In this document: in pieces, positions 56,653 through 64,000 of the stretch | Position numbering within the stretch: the first letter of the stretch is position 1 | How the letters are laid out: the number at the start of each line of letters is the position of its first letter | Assembly (NCBI GenBank): GCA_963809845.1 | Contig: CAWELO010000014.1 | Span: 221,307 to 285,306, forward strand | Direction of reading: 5' to 3' | Source: an uncultured Verrucomicrobiae bacterium | Lineage (GTDB): Bacteria; Verrucomicrobiota; Verrucomicrobiia; Limisphaerales; UBA8199 | Length of the DNA: 64,000 bases | Program-made: the position numbers and the translations under genes | Notes under the pieces: generated by a model | Databases searched by the model: none | What the model saw: only the letters and a program-made list of their open reading frames with translations | What the model was told of the DNA's origin: nothing

Positions 56653-58098
56653 ATGAAGACATTTGAAAGCAAACTCGGGGTGCTGGCCGTGAGCGGTTTG
56701 CTCCTGGCTATCACGCCCGCCGGCTTCTCGCGGGAAGGCCCGGGCCCGCCCGACTGGCTGCGTCAGCTCGATCAAGGGTTTGCGGACGTCGCGCAAAAGG
56801 CCTCGGAAACCGTGGTGGTCATCAACGTGGTGCAAAAGGCGGCCCCGGTTCAATCCGACGAGGAAGATGATTCATTTCCACCGGGGTTTTGGCAGCGCTT
56901 TCACGAGCAGTTGAGGCGCCCGGAACCGTCCTTGGGCCAGGGGTCGGGCGTGATCATCCGACCGAACGGTTACATTTTGACCAACGGCCATGTGATCGAG
57001 GATGCGGAGAGCATTGAGGTCCGGCTGAAGGACGGGCGCAAGTTTGCCGCCGTGGTGCGGGGGGTGGACCCGCAATCCGACCTGGCCGTGCTGAAAATCG
57101 AAGCGCAGTCGCTGCCCGTCGCCACGTTTGCCGACTCGGATAAAACGCGTGTGGGGGAGTTCGCCATCGCGGTGGGCACCCCGTTCAGTCTCGATTACAC
57201 CGTGACCTTCGGCCATGTGAGCGCCAAGGGGCGCTCGAACGTTCTCGACGGCTACGAGGGCGCGATGATGGACCAGGAATTCATGCAAACGGACGCGCTG
57301 ATCAACCCCGGCAACAGTGGTGGCCCGCTGGTCAATATTGAAGGCCAGGTCATCGGGATTAACACGCTCATCCGGGGCTTGCACACCGGCATCGGTTTTG
57401 CCGTTCCCAGCAACCTGGCGCGGGAGGTCTCCGACCAAATCGTCGCCACGGGCAAATTCACGCGGGCGTGGCTGGGGATTGCCATTGCCGCGCTTCGTGA
57501 CGACACCGACCTGCGGGATTTGGTCCGGGGCGTTGCCGAGGGCGTCGTGGTTTCGGGGATTCTTCCCGAAGGCCCGGCCGCGAAGTCCGATTTGAAGGCG
57601 GGTGATATCATTACGGCCGTGGACGGGCGGCCGGTGGGCACCCCGCAGCAGCTCAAAGGTCAGATTCGCGACAAGAAAATCGGACAACCCGTGGTGCTGA
57701 GTGTGTTTCGGAAGACCGGCAGCGTGCGGGTAGAGGTGAGTCCGGGGGAATGGGTCCAGCCGACGATGGCGGTGGCGAAGACACCCAGCGCTCCGGCGGC
57801 ATCCGGGCCGCCTCCGGCCTTTGGGGTAACAGTACAGCCCGTGACCGCGGACATTGCGGATCGCTTGCGCGTGCCGGCCGGGGAGGGGGTCCTGGTGGCA
57901 TCCGTCGAGAAGAGTTCGCCGGCCGCTCGCAAGGGGATCCAGGCCGGCGACATCATCACGTCCATTGACGAGCAGCCCGTCAATGATCCAAAACAATTCA
58001 ACGCCGCTCTGAAGAAGGCCGATATCCAGCGGGGCATTCTGGTGAATTTCATCAGCAAATCCACGCCGCAGTTCACGGTGATCAAGGCGCAGCCGTAG
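56653..58098 (+). CDS. htrA: Do/DegP/HtrA-family periplasmic serine endoprotease with two PDZ domains
   Basis: GYILTNGHV (His), DLAVLKI (Asp) and GNSGGPLVN (Ser), plus two PDZ segments. Start taken at ATG 56653. Confidence 0.9.
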   Translation: MKTFESKLGVLAVSGLLLAITPAGFSREGPGPPDWLRQLDQGFADVAQKASETVVVINVVQKAAPVQSDEEDDSFPPGFWQRFHEQLRRPEPSLGQGSGVIIRPNGYILTNGHVIEDAESIEVRLKDGRKFAAVVRGVDPQSDLAVLKIEAQSLPVATFADSDKTRVGEFAIAVGTPFSLDYTVTFGHVSAKGRSNVLDGYEGAMMDQEFMQTDALINPGNSGGPLVNIEGQVIGINTLIRGLHTGIGFAVPSNLAREVSDQIVATGKFTRAWLGIAIAALRDDTDLRDLVRGVAEGVVVSGILPEGPAAKSDLKAGDIITAVDGRPVGTPQQLKGQIRDKKIGQPVVLSVFRKTGSVRVEVSPGEWVQPTMAVAKTPSAPAASGPPPAFGVTVQPVTADIADRLRVPAGEGVLVASVEKSSPAARKGIQAGDIITSIDEQPVNDPKQFNAALKKADIQRGILVNFISKSTPQFTVIKAQP

Positions 58099-58259
58099 AG
58101 GGCGTTGGCAGATGGGGTGGCGCGGGCATCCCGCCGCCCGAACCCGCCTGGCGGCCGGCCGGGCCAGACGCCCGCGCTACGGGCGCGCAATCGCCCCTGG
58201 AGTTTTCCCGCGCACCTTACCAGTTGCGGTTTTGGGGCCGCTACGCTACTTAAAGTTCC

Positions 58260-59339
58260 ATGCGATTCATCGGCAGCGTCATCGAGAAGCTACAGCGCCA
58301 TCCGAAGCGTATCGTTTTTCCGGAGGGTCCGGAGCCCCGCGTGCTCCAGGCCGCCCGGCAATACTATTCGCTGCGGCTGGGCGCGCCGATTCTTTTGGGG
58401 GATCGCACCAAGATCAAGGAGACCGCCGAAGCGCTCAATGTTTCGCTCGAAGGCATCCGGATCATCAACCCGGCCGAGAGCGATGACCTGGACAACTTTT
58501 CACGCCGCTTCGAAATCTTGCGGCGGTACAAAGGCATGAAGAGCTTTGAGGCCCGCGATGCCCTGCTGCAGCCGAATTATTTCGGAGCGATGATGGTGGC
58601 GATGCACCAGGCGGACGGATTTGTGTCCGGAACCAATCAGCACGTCGGGAGCGTGTTGCGTCCTCTGTTCCAGATTATCAAAGTCGCGCCGCAAACGACC
58701 ACCGCGTCCAGTTGCCAGATCATCGAGGTGGAAGATTCCAAGTACGGCGAGAACGGCGTTTTGTTCATGGCGGATTGCGGAGTGATTCCCGAGCCCACCG
58801 TCGAGCAACTGGCCGACATCGCGGTCTCGACGGCGCAACTGGCCCGGCATCTCCTGGGGGTGCGCCCGCGGGTGGCGCTGCTGTCGTTTTCGACCAAGGG
58901 CAGTTCGAGCCATCCCTCGGTGGGGCGGATTCAGGCTGCCGCCGCGTTGGCGGAGAAGCGGGCGCAGGAGAAGCAGGTGGCGGCCGATTTTGACGGCGAG
59001 CTGCAGGTCGATAGCGCGCTGGTGCCGGAGATCGCCGCGCGCAAAGCGCCGGGAGCCAAGATCGCCGGCAATGCCAACGTGTTGATTTTTCCTGATCTCA
59101 ACTCGGGCAACATCGCCAGCAAACTGGTGCGCCACATGGCGCGGGCCAACGCGTATGGCCAGATTCTGATGGGGCTCGACCGGCCGGCCGCCGACGTTTC
59201 GCGCGGCTCCAACGCGCACGACGTGCTCGGGGTCGCGGCCATTGTCGGGGTGCAGGCCATCGATTACCACATGCTTTACCCGGGGGCAGGGGAGAAGTTG
59301 CCTGGGGAAGAGGAAGCCGCGGCAGCGCAGGCTCGATAG
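58260..59339 (+). CDS. pta: phosphate acetyltransferase (PTA_PTB family)
   Basis: RIVFPEGPEPRVLQAA...ADGFVSG...LIFPDLNSGNIASKL. 359 aa. Confidence 0.88.
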   Translation: MRFIGSVIEKLQRHPKRIVFPEGPEPRVLQAARQYYSLRLGAPILLGDRTKIKETAEALNVSLEGIRIINPAESDDLDNFSRRFEILRRYKGMKSFEARDALLQPNYFGAMMVAMHQADGFVSGTNQHVGSVLRPLFQIIKVAPQTTTASSCQIIEVEDSKYGENGVLFMADCGVIPEPTVEQLADIAVSTAQLARHLLGVRPRVALLSFSTKGSSSHPSVGRIQAAAALAEKRAQEKQVAADFDGELQVDSALVPEIAARKAPGAKIAGNANVLIFPDLNSGNIASKLVRHMARANAYGQILMGLDRPAADVSRGSNAHDVLGVAAIVGVQAIDYHMLYPGAGEKLPGEEEAAAAQAR

Positions 59340-59355
59340 CATACTACCGCACAGC

Positions 59356-60459
59356 ATGTCCTTACCCTTTCCCACCAACTCGGTTCTCGAGCATCTGCCC
59401 GTTTATCAGCCCGGCCGGCCCATCGACGAGGTGGCGCGCGAGTTGGGCCTGGCGGCGGATCAAGTCATCAAGCTGGCCTCGAATGAAAACCCGCTCGGCC
59501 CCTCGCCCCTGGCGGTGGCCGCGCTGCGCAAAGCACTTGGCCAGTTGCACCTTTACCCCGACGGCAATTCCTTTCATTTGAAGCAGAAGCTGGCAGGCAA
59601 ACTCGGTTTGTCACCCGGGAACCTTGTCCTGGGGAGCGGTTCCAACGAGGTGATCGAGTTGCTCGGCCATTGCCTGCTTTCGCCCGAGGCGGAAGTGGTC
59701 GTCTCGGAATACTGCTTTGCGGTGTATCCGATTGTAACGGCCTTGTTTGGAGCCCGGTTGGTGGTCGTGCCGGCGAAGCACTACGGCCACGATCTCGAGG
59801 CCATGCGCGCGGCCATCACGGACCATACGCGTCTGGTCTTTGTCGCCAACCCGAACAATCCGACCGGGACTGTGGTGTCTTCGGGCGAACTGGCCGAGTT
59901 TGTCCAGGCCGTGCCGCCGCGGGTCGTGATCGCGCTGGACGAGGCCTACCTGGAATTCCAGGACGAACCGGTGGATCTGCTTCCCGAAATTCGCCGCGGC
60001 GCCCACCCCAACCTTGTCCTGATGCGGACGTTCTCCAAGATCTATGGCCTGGCCGGGTTGCGGCTGGGCTATGGCATCGGCCAGCCGGAGTTGGTGGCGC
60101 AGCTCGAAAAGCTGCGCCAGCCGTTCAATGTGAATGCGGCGGCGCAGGTGGCGGCGCTGGCCGCCATCGAGGACACCCGCCACCTCGAACGGACCCGCCG
60201 CCTCAACCTGCGCGGTCTGAAGTTTTACGCGCGCGCCTTTCGGGGACTTGGCCTCGAGTTCATTCCCTCTTCGGCCAACTTTGTTTTGGTGCGCGTGGGG
60301 GAGGGGCAACGCGTGTTCAGCGAAATGCAAAACCTGGGGGTGATCGTGCGGCCGATGGGCGGGTACCAACTGCCGGAGTGGATCCGCATTTCCATAGGCA
60401 CGACCAAGGAAAACCAGCGCTGCCTGGAAGCTTTGAAAGCCGTCCTGAAACAGCCGTGA
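59356..60459 (+). CDS. hisC: histidinol-phosphate aminotransferase
   Basis: KLASNENPLGPSP and FSKIYGLAGLRLGY (PLP lysine). Start at ATG 59356. Confidence 0.9.
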   Translation: MSLPFPTNSVLEHLPVYQPGRPIDEVARELGLAADQVIKLASNENPLGPSPLAVAALRKALGQLHLYPDGNSFHLKQKLAGKLGLSPGNLVLGSGSNEVIELLGHCLLSPEAEVVVSEYCFAVYPIVTALFGARLVVVPAKHYGHDLEAMRAAITDHTRLVFVANPNNPTGTVVSSGELAEFVQAVPPRVVIALDEAYLEFQDEPVDLLPEIRRGAHPNLVLMRTFSKIYGLAGLRLGYGIGQPELVAQLEKLRQPFNVNAAAQVAALAAIEDTRHLERTRRLNLRGLKFYARAFRGLGLEFIPSSANFVLVRVGEGQRVFSEMQNLGVIVRPMGGYQLPEWIRISIGTTKENQRCLEALKAVLKQP

Positions 60460-61736
60460 AACTGACCGACCTGCGCGGCATTCTGCAGTACATCCCGCAA
60501 TTTCGCGAGCGGACCTTCGTCATCAGCGTCGATGGGGCGATCGTCACGGACGAAAACTTCGGCAACATCCTGATGGACATCGCGGTGCTCCGCTCGCTGA
60601 ACATCCGGGTGCTGCTGGTGCACGGCGCTTCAGCGCAGATTCAGGCGCTGGCGGCGGAGCGAGGCGTGGGCGCTTCCAACCTGGATGGCAGCGGGATTAC
60701 CGATGAAGCAACGCTCAGCCTGGCGCTGACGGCGGCCAACCGGCTGACGCACGAGCTTCTCGAAGGCCTTTCGGCCAACGACCTGCGCGCCGCCAGCACC
60801 AACGCCGTGATCGCGCACCCGTTGGGCATCTTGCACGGAGTGGATCACCAATTCACGGGCAAGGTGGAGCGCATTGATGTTGAGTTGTTGCAGCGGCTGC
60901 TGGACAACGGGATCATCCCGGTGCTGCCGCCGCTGGGGTTCGACGGGGATGGCAAGACCTACCGGGTCAACTCCGACAGCGTGGCGGTGGCCGCGGCGGA
61001 GGCGTTGAAAGCCGCCAAGCTGATGTTCATTACCAACCAGGACGGCATCCTGGTGGGCGACCGCGTGATCCGCCAGATGCCGGTCACCGATTTGGAATCG
61101 GTGCTGGCGCTGCAGAAGACCGAGGTTCACCCGGCGATGCTTTCGAAGGCCATCCATGCCGTCGCCGCGTGCAAGGCGGGAGTGCCCAGGGTCCATGTCA
61201 TCAATGGCGGGCTGGAAGAAGGTCTGCTGGCCGAGGTGTTCACCAACGAAGGGGTGGGAACGCTGGTCTATGGCAACGAATTCCAACAGATCCGGCGCGC
61301 GCTCAAAAAGGATGTCCGGAGCATTCTCAACCTGACCAAACCCTCGGTGGCCACTGAAGAACTCGTGCGGCGGACCCGCTCGAGCATCGAGAAACAGTTG
61401 GGTGACTATTATATCTTCGAGATCGACAAGAACCCGGTGGCGTGCGTGGCGCTCCATGGTTTTCCCGAGCAGCACAAAGGCGAATTGGCCTGTTTATTTG
61501 TGAGCCCGGCCCATGAGAACCAGGGCATCGGTCGCAAGCTCATTCAATTCTCCGAGAATCGCGCGCGTGAGCTCGGGTTCATTGAGCTGATCACGCTCTC
61601 GACGCAGGCTTTTACCTATTTCCAATCCAAAGGCGGATTTGTGGAAGGCTCGCCCGAGGACCTGCCGCCGGCGCGGCGAGAAAAGTACGAGCAGAGCGGG
61701 CGAAACTCCAAGGTGCTGGTTAAAAAGCTCAAGTAG
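60456..61736 (+). CDS. argA: amino-acid N-acetyltransferase (N-acetylglutamate synthase: amino-acid-kinase fold plus GNAT)
   Basis: GTG 60456 overlaps the hisC stop (GTGA). FVISVDGAIV...VLLVHGAS is the AAK domain. The C-terminal GNAT has NQGIGRKL. Confidence 0.85.
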   Translation: MKLTDLRGILQYIPQFRERTFVISVDGAIVTDENFGNILMDIAVLRSLNIRVLLVHGASAQIQALAAERGVGASNLDGSGITDEATLSLALTAANRLTHELLEGLSANDLRAASTNAVIAHPLGILHGVDHQFTGKVERIDVELLQRLLDNGIIPVLPPLGFDGDGKTYRVNSDSVAVAAAEALKAAKLMFITNQDGILVGDRVIRQMPVTDLESVLALQKTEVHPAMLSKAIHAVAACKAGVPRVHVINGGLEEGLLAEVFTNEGVGTLVYGNEFQQIRRALKKDVRSILNLTKPSVATEELVRRTRSSIEKQLGDYYIFEIDKNPVACVALHGFPEQHKGELACLFVSPAHENQGIGRKLIQFSENRARELGFIELITLSTQAFTYFQSKGGFVEGSPEDLPPARREKYEQSGRNSKVLVKKLK

Positions 61737-61894
61737 TCCGGTCGCGCGATCGAGGAGGCCCGAGGGTCTGGATTCGAGATCCCCAGATCGCAGGTCCCGG
61801 CGCGGGCCCGGAGGTTCTTCCCCGCGCGCCGATCAGGTTCCCGGCCGCCGGCCAAATCGGCGGGTCAACTTGGCCATCCCGGGTTGGCGGCCGC

Positions 61895-63265
61895 TTACTT
61901 CCCGATGCAGAACTGGCTGAAGATGAGGTCCAGGAGATCTTCCGTGGTGGTTTTGCCGACGATCTCCCCGATGGCATTCACTGCGATGCGCAGGTCCAAG
62001 GCGGCGAGTTCGAGCGGGAGGTTGGATCGCAAGGATTCGGCGGTGCTCAAAGCGCCGGCTCGGGCGCGTTGGAGGGCGTCCTGATGGCGTGAGTTGATCA
62101 TCACCTCGAGCATCTCGGCAGGAATCTGCCCCGACCAGGCGAGTGACTTGATGGCGTCCTTCAGGCTCTCGATCCCTTGACCGGTGAGGCAGCAAACGTC
62201 CACGATGGGCGCGCCTGCCATTTCCGGAAGTTCCACCCGCGGGGAAAGATCGCTTTTATTGCGGACGATAATTCGCTTTCGAGCTTCGCACTCGTGGAGG
62301 AATTCTTCGTCCTGGGACGTCAGCGGCTCCGAGGCGTCGAACACATGCAGGATGAGTTCGGCCTTTTCCAGGGAGGCGCGGCTGCGGCGGATCCCCTCGA
62401 ATTCGATTTCGTCGCGCGCCTCGCGCAGGCCGGCGGTGTCGATGAAAACCACCGGCACGCCTCGGATGTTGGCGGTTTCTTCGATGGTATCGCGCGTGGT
62501 GCCCGGGATGGGTGAGACAATGGCGCGGTCGTGGCCGAGCAGTTGGTTGAGCAAGCTGGATTTGCCGGCGTTGGGGCGCCCGATGATCGCCGCCCGGATG
62601 CCGCGCCTGAGGATTTGGCCCTCGTGGGCGGTCCGGAGGAGCTCATCCATGCGGCGCAGCCCGTCTTCGAGGCGGATCACGAGTTGCGCGCGGGTGTCCG
62701 GCGCGAGATCTTCATCCGGGAAATCGATATGGGCCTCGATGTGGGCCAGGGTCCGCAGGAGGTCCTCGCGCACTGCATCGATGCGGCGGGATAGCTTGCC
62801 GGCCAATTGTTCATTGGCGGCGCGCAAGGCCAGCTCGGTCCGGGAATGGATGAGGTCGGCCACGGCCTCGGCTTGGGCCAGGTCCAGCCGGCCGTTGAGA
62901 AACGCGCGGCGGGTGAACTCGCCGGGTTCGGCCAGCCGAGCGCCGCTGGCTAAAACCGCGTCGAGCACCAATTTGGCCGGCAACACCCCGCCGTGGCAGG
63001 CAATCTCGACGATGTCTTCGCGGGTAAACGTGCGCGGGGCGCGCATGATCGAAAGCAACACCTCATCCACCACCTTGTCCTGGCGCACGACGTGCCCGTA
63101 ATGAATGGTGTGCGTTGGAGCGGTGGAAGGCCTCGGGGCCGAGCGTCCGCCGGGCCTGAAGCATCCATCCGCAATCGCGAGGGCCGCCGGTCCCGAGACG
63201 CGGATGACCGCCAGGCCCGCTTCCCCCAGCGGCGTGGCGATGGCGGCGATGGTATCGGGGAGCAT
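61895..63265 (-). CDS. mnmE: tRNA modification GTPase MnmE
   Basis: TIAAIATPLGEAGLAVIRVSG, the G1 motif GRPNAGKSSLLN, DTAG, NKSD and the C-terminal FCIGK. Confidence 0.95.
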   Translation of the reverse strand: MLPDTIAAIATPLGEAGLAVIRVSGPAALAIADGCFRPGGRSAPRPSTAPTHTIHYGHVVRQDKVVDEVLLSIMRAPRTFTREDIVEIACHGGVLPAKLVLDAVLASGARLAEPGEFTRRAFLNGRLDLAQAEAVADLIHSRTELALRAANEQLAGKLSRRIDAVREDLLRTLAHIEAHIDFPDEDLAPDTRAQLVIRLEDGLRRMDELLRTAHEGQILRRGIRAAIIGRPNAGKSSLLNQLLGHDRAIVSPIPGTTRDTIEETANIRGVPVVFIDTAGLREARDEIEFEGIRRSRASLEKAELILHVFDASEPLTSQDEEFLHECEARKRIIVRNKSDLSPRVELPEMAGAPIVDVCCLTGQGIESLKDAIKSLAWSGQIPAEMLEVMINSRHQDALQRARAGALSTAESLRSNLPLELAALDLRIAVNAIGEIVGKTTTEDLLDLIFSQFCIGK

Positions 63266-63307
63266 GGCGTCAGGGTCAAAGACGGTCCACGCCGGCGGGA
63301 CGGGAGA

Positions 63308-63556
63308 TCAACGGCAGGTCCCCTCGGCGTTCTCAGCGTCGCGGCCTTCGAGCAGCAGGCGCGCTTTTTGGTAGCTCCGCTTGTGGAGGTAGTGGAGGAG
63401 ATTTGGATCGGCGTCGCGGGGCAGTTGCCGGGTCAGCGCATCCAGCCGCTCGAAGAGCGGGAGCAAACTCGGTTTTGGGCCGGCGGCCGGAATGGCTCTG
63501 ACGGATGCTTCCAGCTCGACGAGCGCCGATAGGATACTTTTTTCGACCTCATTCAT
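63308..63556 (-). CDS. small hypothetical protein
   Basis: 82-aa ATG ORF packed tightly between the Yip1-family gene and mnmE on the same strand. No family recognised. Confidence 0.5.
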   Translation of the reverse strand: MNEVEKSILSALVELEASVRAIPAAGPKPSLLPLFERLDALTRQLPRDADPNLLHYLHKRSYQKARLLLEGRDAENAEGTCR

Positions 63557-63566
63557 CCCGGCCAGT

Positions 63567-64000
63567 CTAGCTCAGGAACACCCCGCCGGCCAGGTGGGAG
63601 AGGGACTTCAACTCGGTCAGCTTGTCTTGAAGAAACAACGTGGTGAGCATCCGCGCCAGGCCCGTGGATAGGAAAAGCACAATCGAGGTCACCAGGAACA
63701 GGCCGAAGGCGTGCGGCGGATCAGGCTCCATTACTTTGGGTACGCCGTGGTAAAGGATGGCGCAGGAAAGCATGATGCCAACGCCCCACGTGGCCCAAGG
63801 CGATATCCGCGTAAAGGCGTCCAGAAAGTGCAGCAGAAAAACCGGGCTCAGCCCATAGGCGATCAGCGTGAAGGTTTGGGCGTACGTGTTACGCCCGTGG
63901 AACGTATCACCCATGGCCTTGACGATTTGCGCCCCGATCACCACGACGGCCAGCGACAACAGAACGTAAACGGCTTCGAACACCAGGGCCTGGTCCAAGG
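63567..64000 (-). CDS. Yip1-family membrane protein (C-terminal part; gene runs off the window)
   Basis: Four hydrophobic segments, typical of Yip1-domain proteins. The ORF is open to the window edge. Confidence 0.6.
   Translation of the reverse strand, partial: LDQALVFEAVYVLLSLAVVVIGAQIVKAMGDTFHGRNTYAQTFTLIAYGLSPVFLLHFLDAFTRISPWATWGVGIMLSCAILYHGVPKVMEPDPPHAFGLFLVTSIVLFLSTGLARMLTTLFLQDKLTELKSLSHLAGGVFLS

Noticed and set aside
59670-61736. 688-aa ORF overlapping hisC
   Set aside because: The first 262 codons are an Arg/Gly-rich alternative frame of hisC. The real argA begins at GTG 60456, overlapping the hisC stop.

Overview
GC-rich bacterial chromosomal window with about 50 genes. The gene content looks like the PVC superphylum, Verrucomicrobiota/Planctomycetota-like. 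This is an inference from an H-X9-DG pseudopilin, three DUF1080 proteins, TAT-exported Gfo/Idh/MocA and xylose-isomerase-like enzymes, an SHD1-like exported protein and the style of the intergenic repeats.

Content, in order:
- pseudopilin-like gene, ffh, a stand-alone TrpB2, and cutA plus a FAD oxidoreductase
- a complete tolQ-tolR-tolA(TonB-like)-tolB-pal cluster with a second tandem pal
- an SGNH hydrolase, a sugar-nucleotide epimerase, tRNA-Val(CAC), a GT2 and a PQQ-like propeller
- GH97, DUF1080, an interrupted phosphodiesterase and a TAT sugar-phosphate isomerase-like enzyme
- an ECF sigma/anti-sigma operon with a decayed third gene, then an acyltransferase-3
- a split subtilase-like gene followed by a plant-type LRR/Ig protein
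- GH5, a split Gly-rich lipoprotein, and Gfo/Idh/MocA plus two DUF1080
- two very large sensor kinases and a CUT2-type sugar ABC importer
- two exported unknowns, htrA, pta, hisC, argA, mnmE and a partial Yip1-family gene

I see no transposase, integrase, prophage, CRISPR array, rRNA or recognisable defence or toxin module. Intergenic space holds at least six families of short GC-rich palindromic or tandem repeats. Five genes for exported proteins are interrupted by single stops or frameshifts, while multi-kb cytoplasmic ORFs are intact.

I do not find a convincing new multi-gene system. The best leads are:
- the subtilase gene, split exactly at a T_TTT_TTC slippery heptamer
- a seven-module periplasmic sensor region in the 1494-aa kinase
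- the plant-type LRR protein
- the repeat families
- a scattered periplasmic gene set that may act in oxidative glycoside breakdown

The ORF track uses GTG and TTG starts, so several start coordinates are my own choice and remain uncertain.
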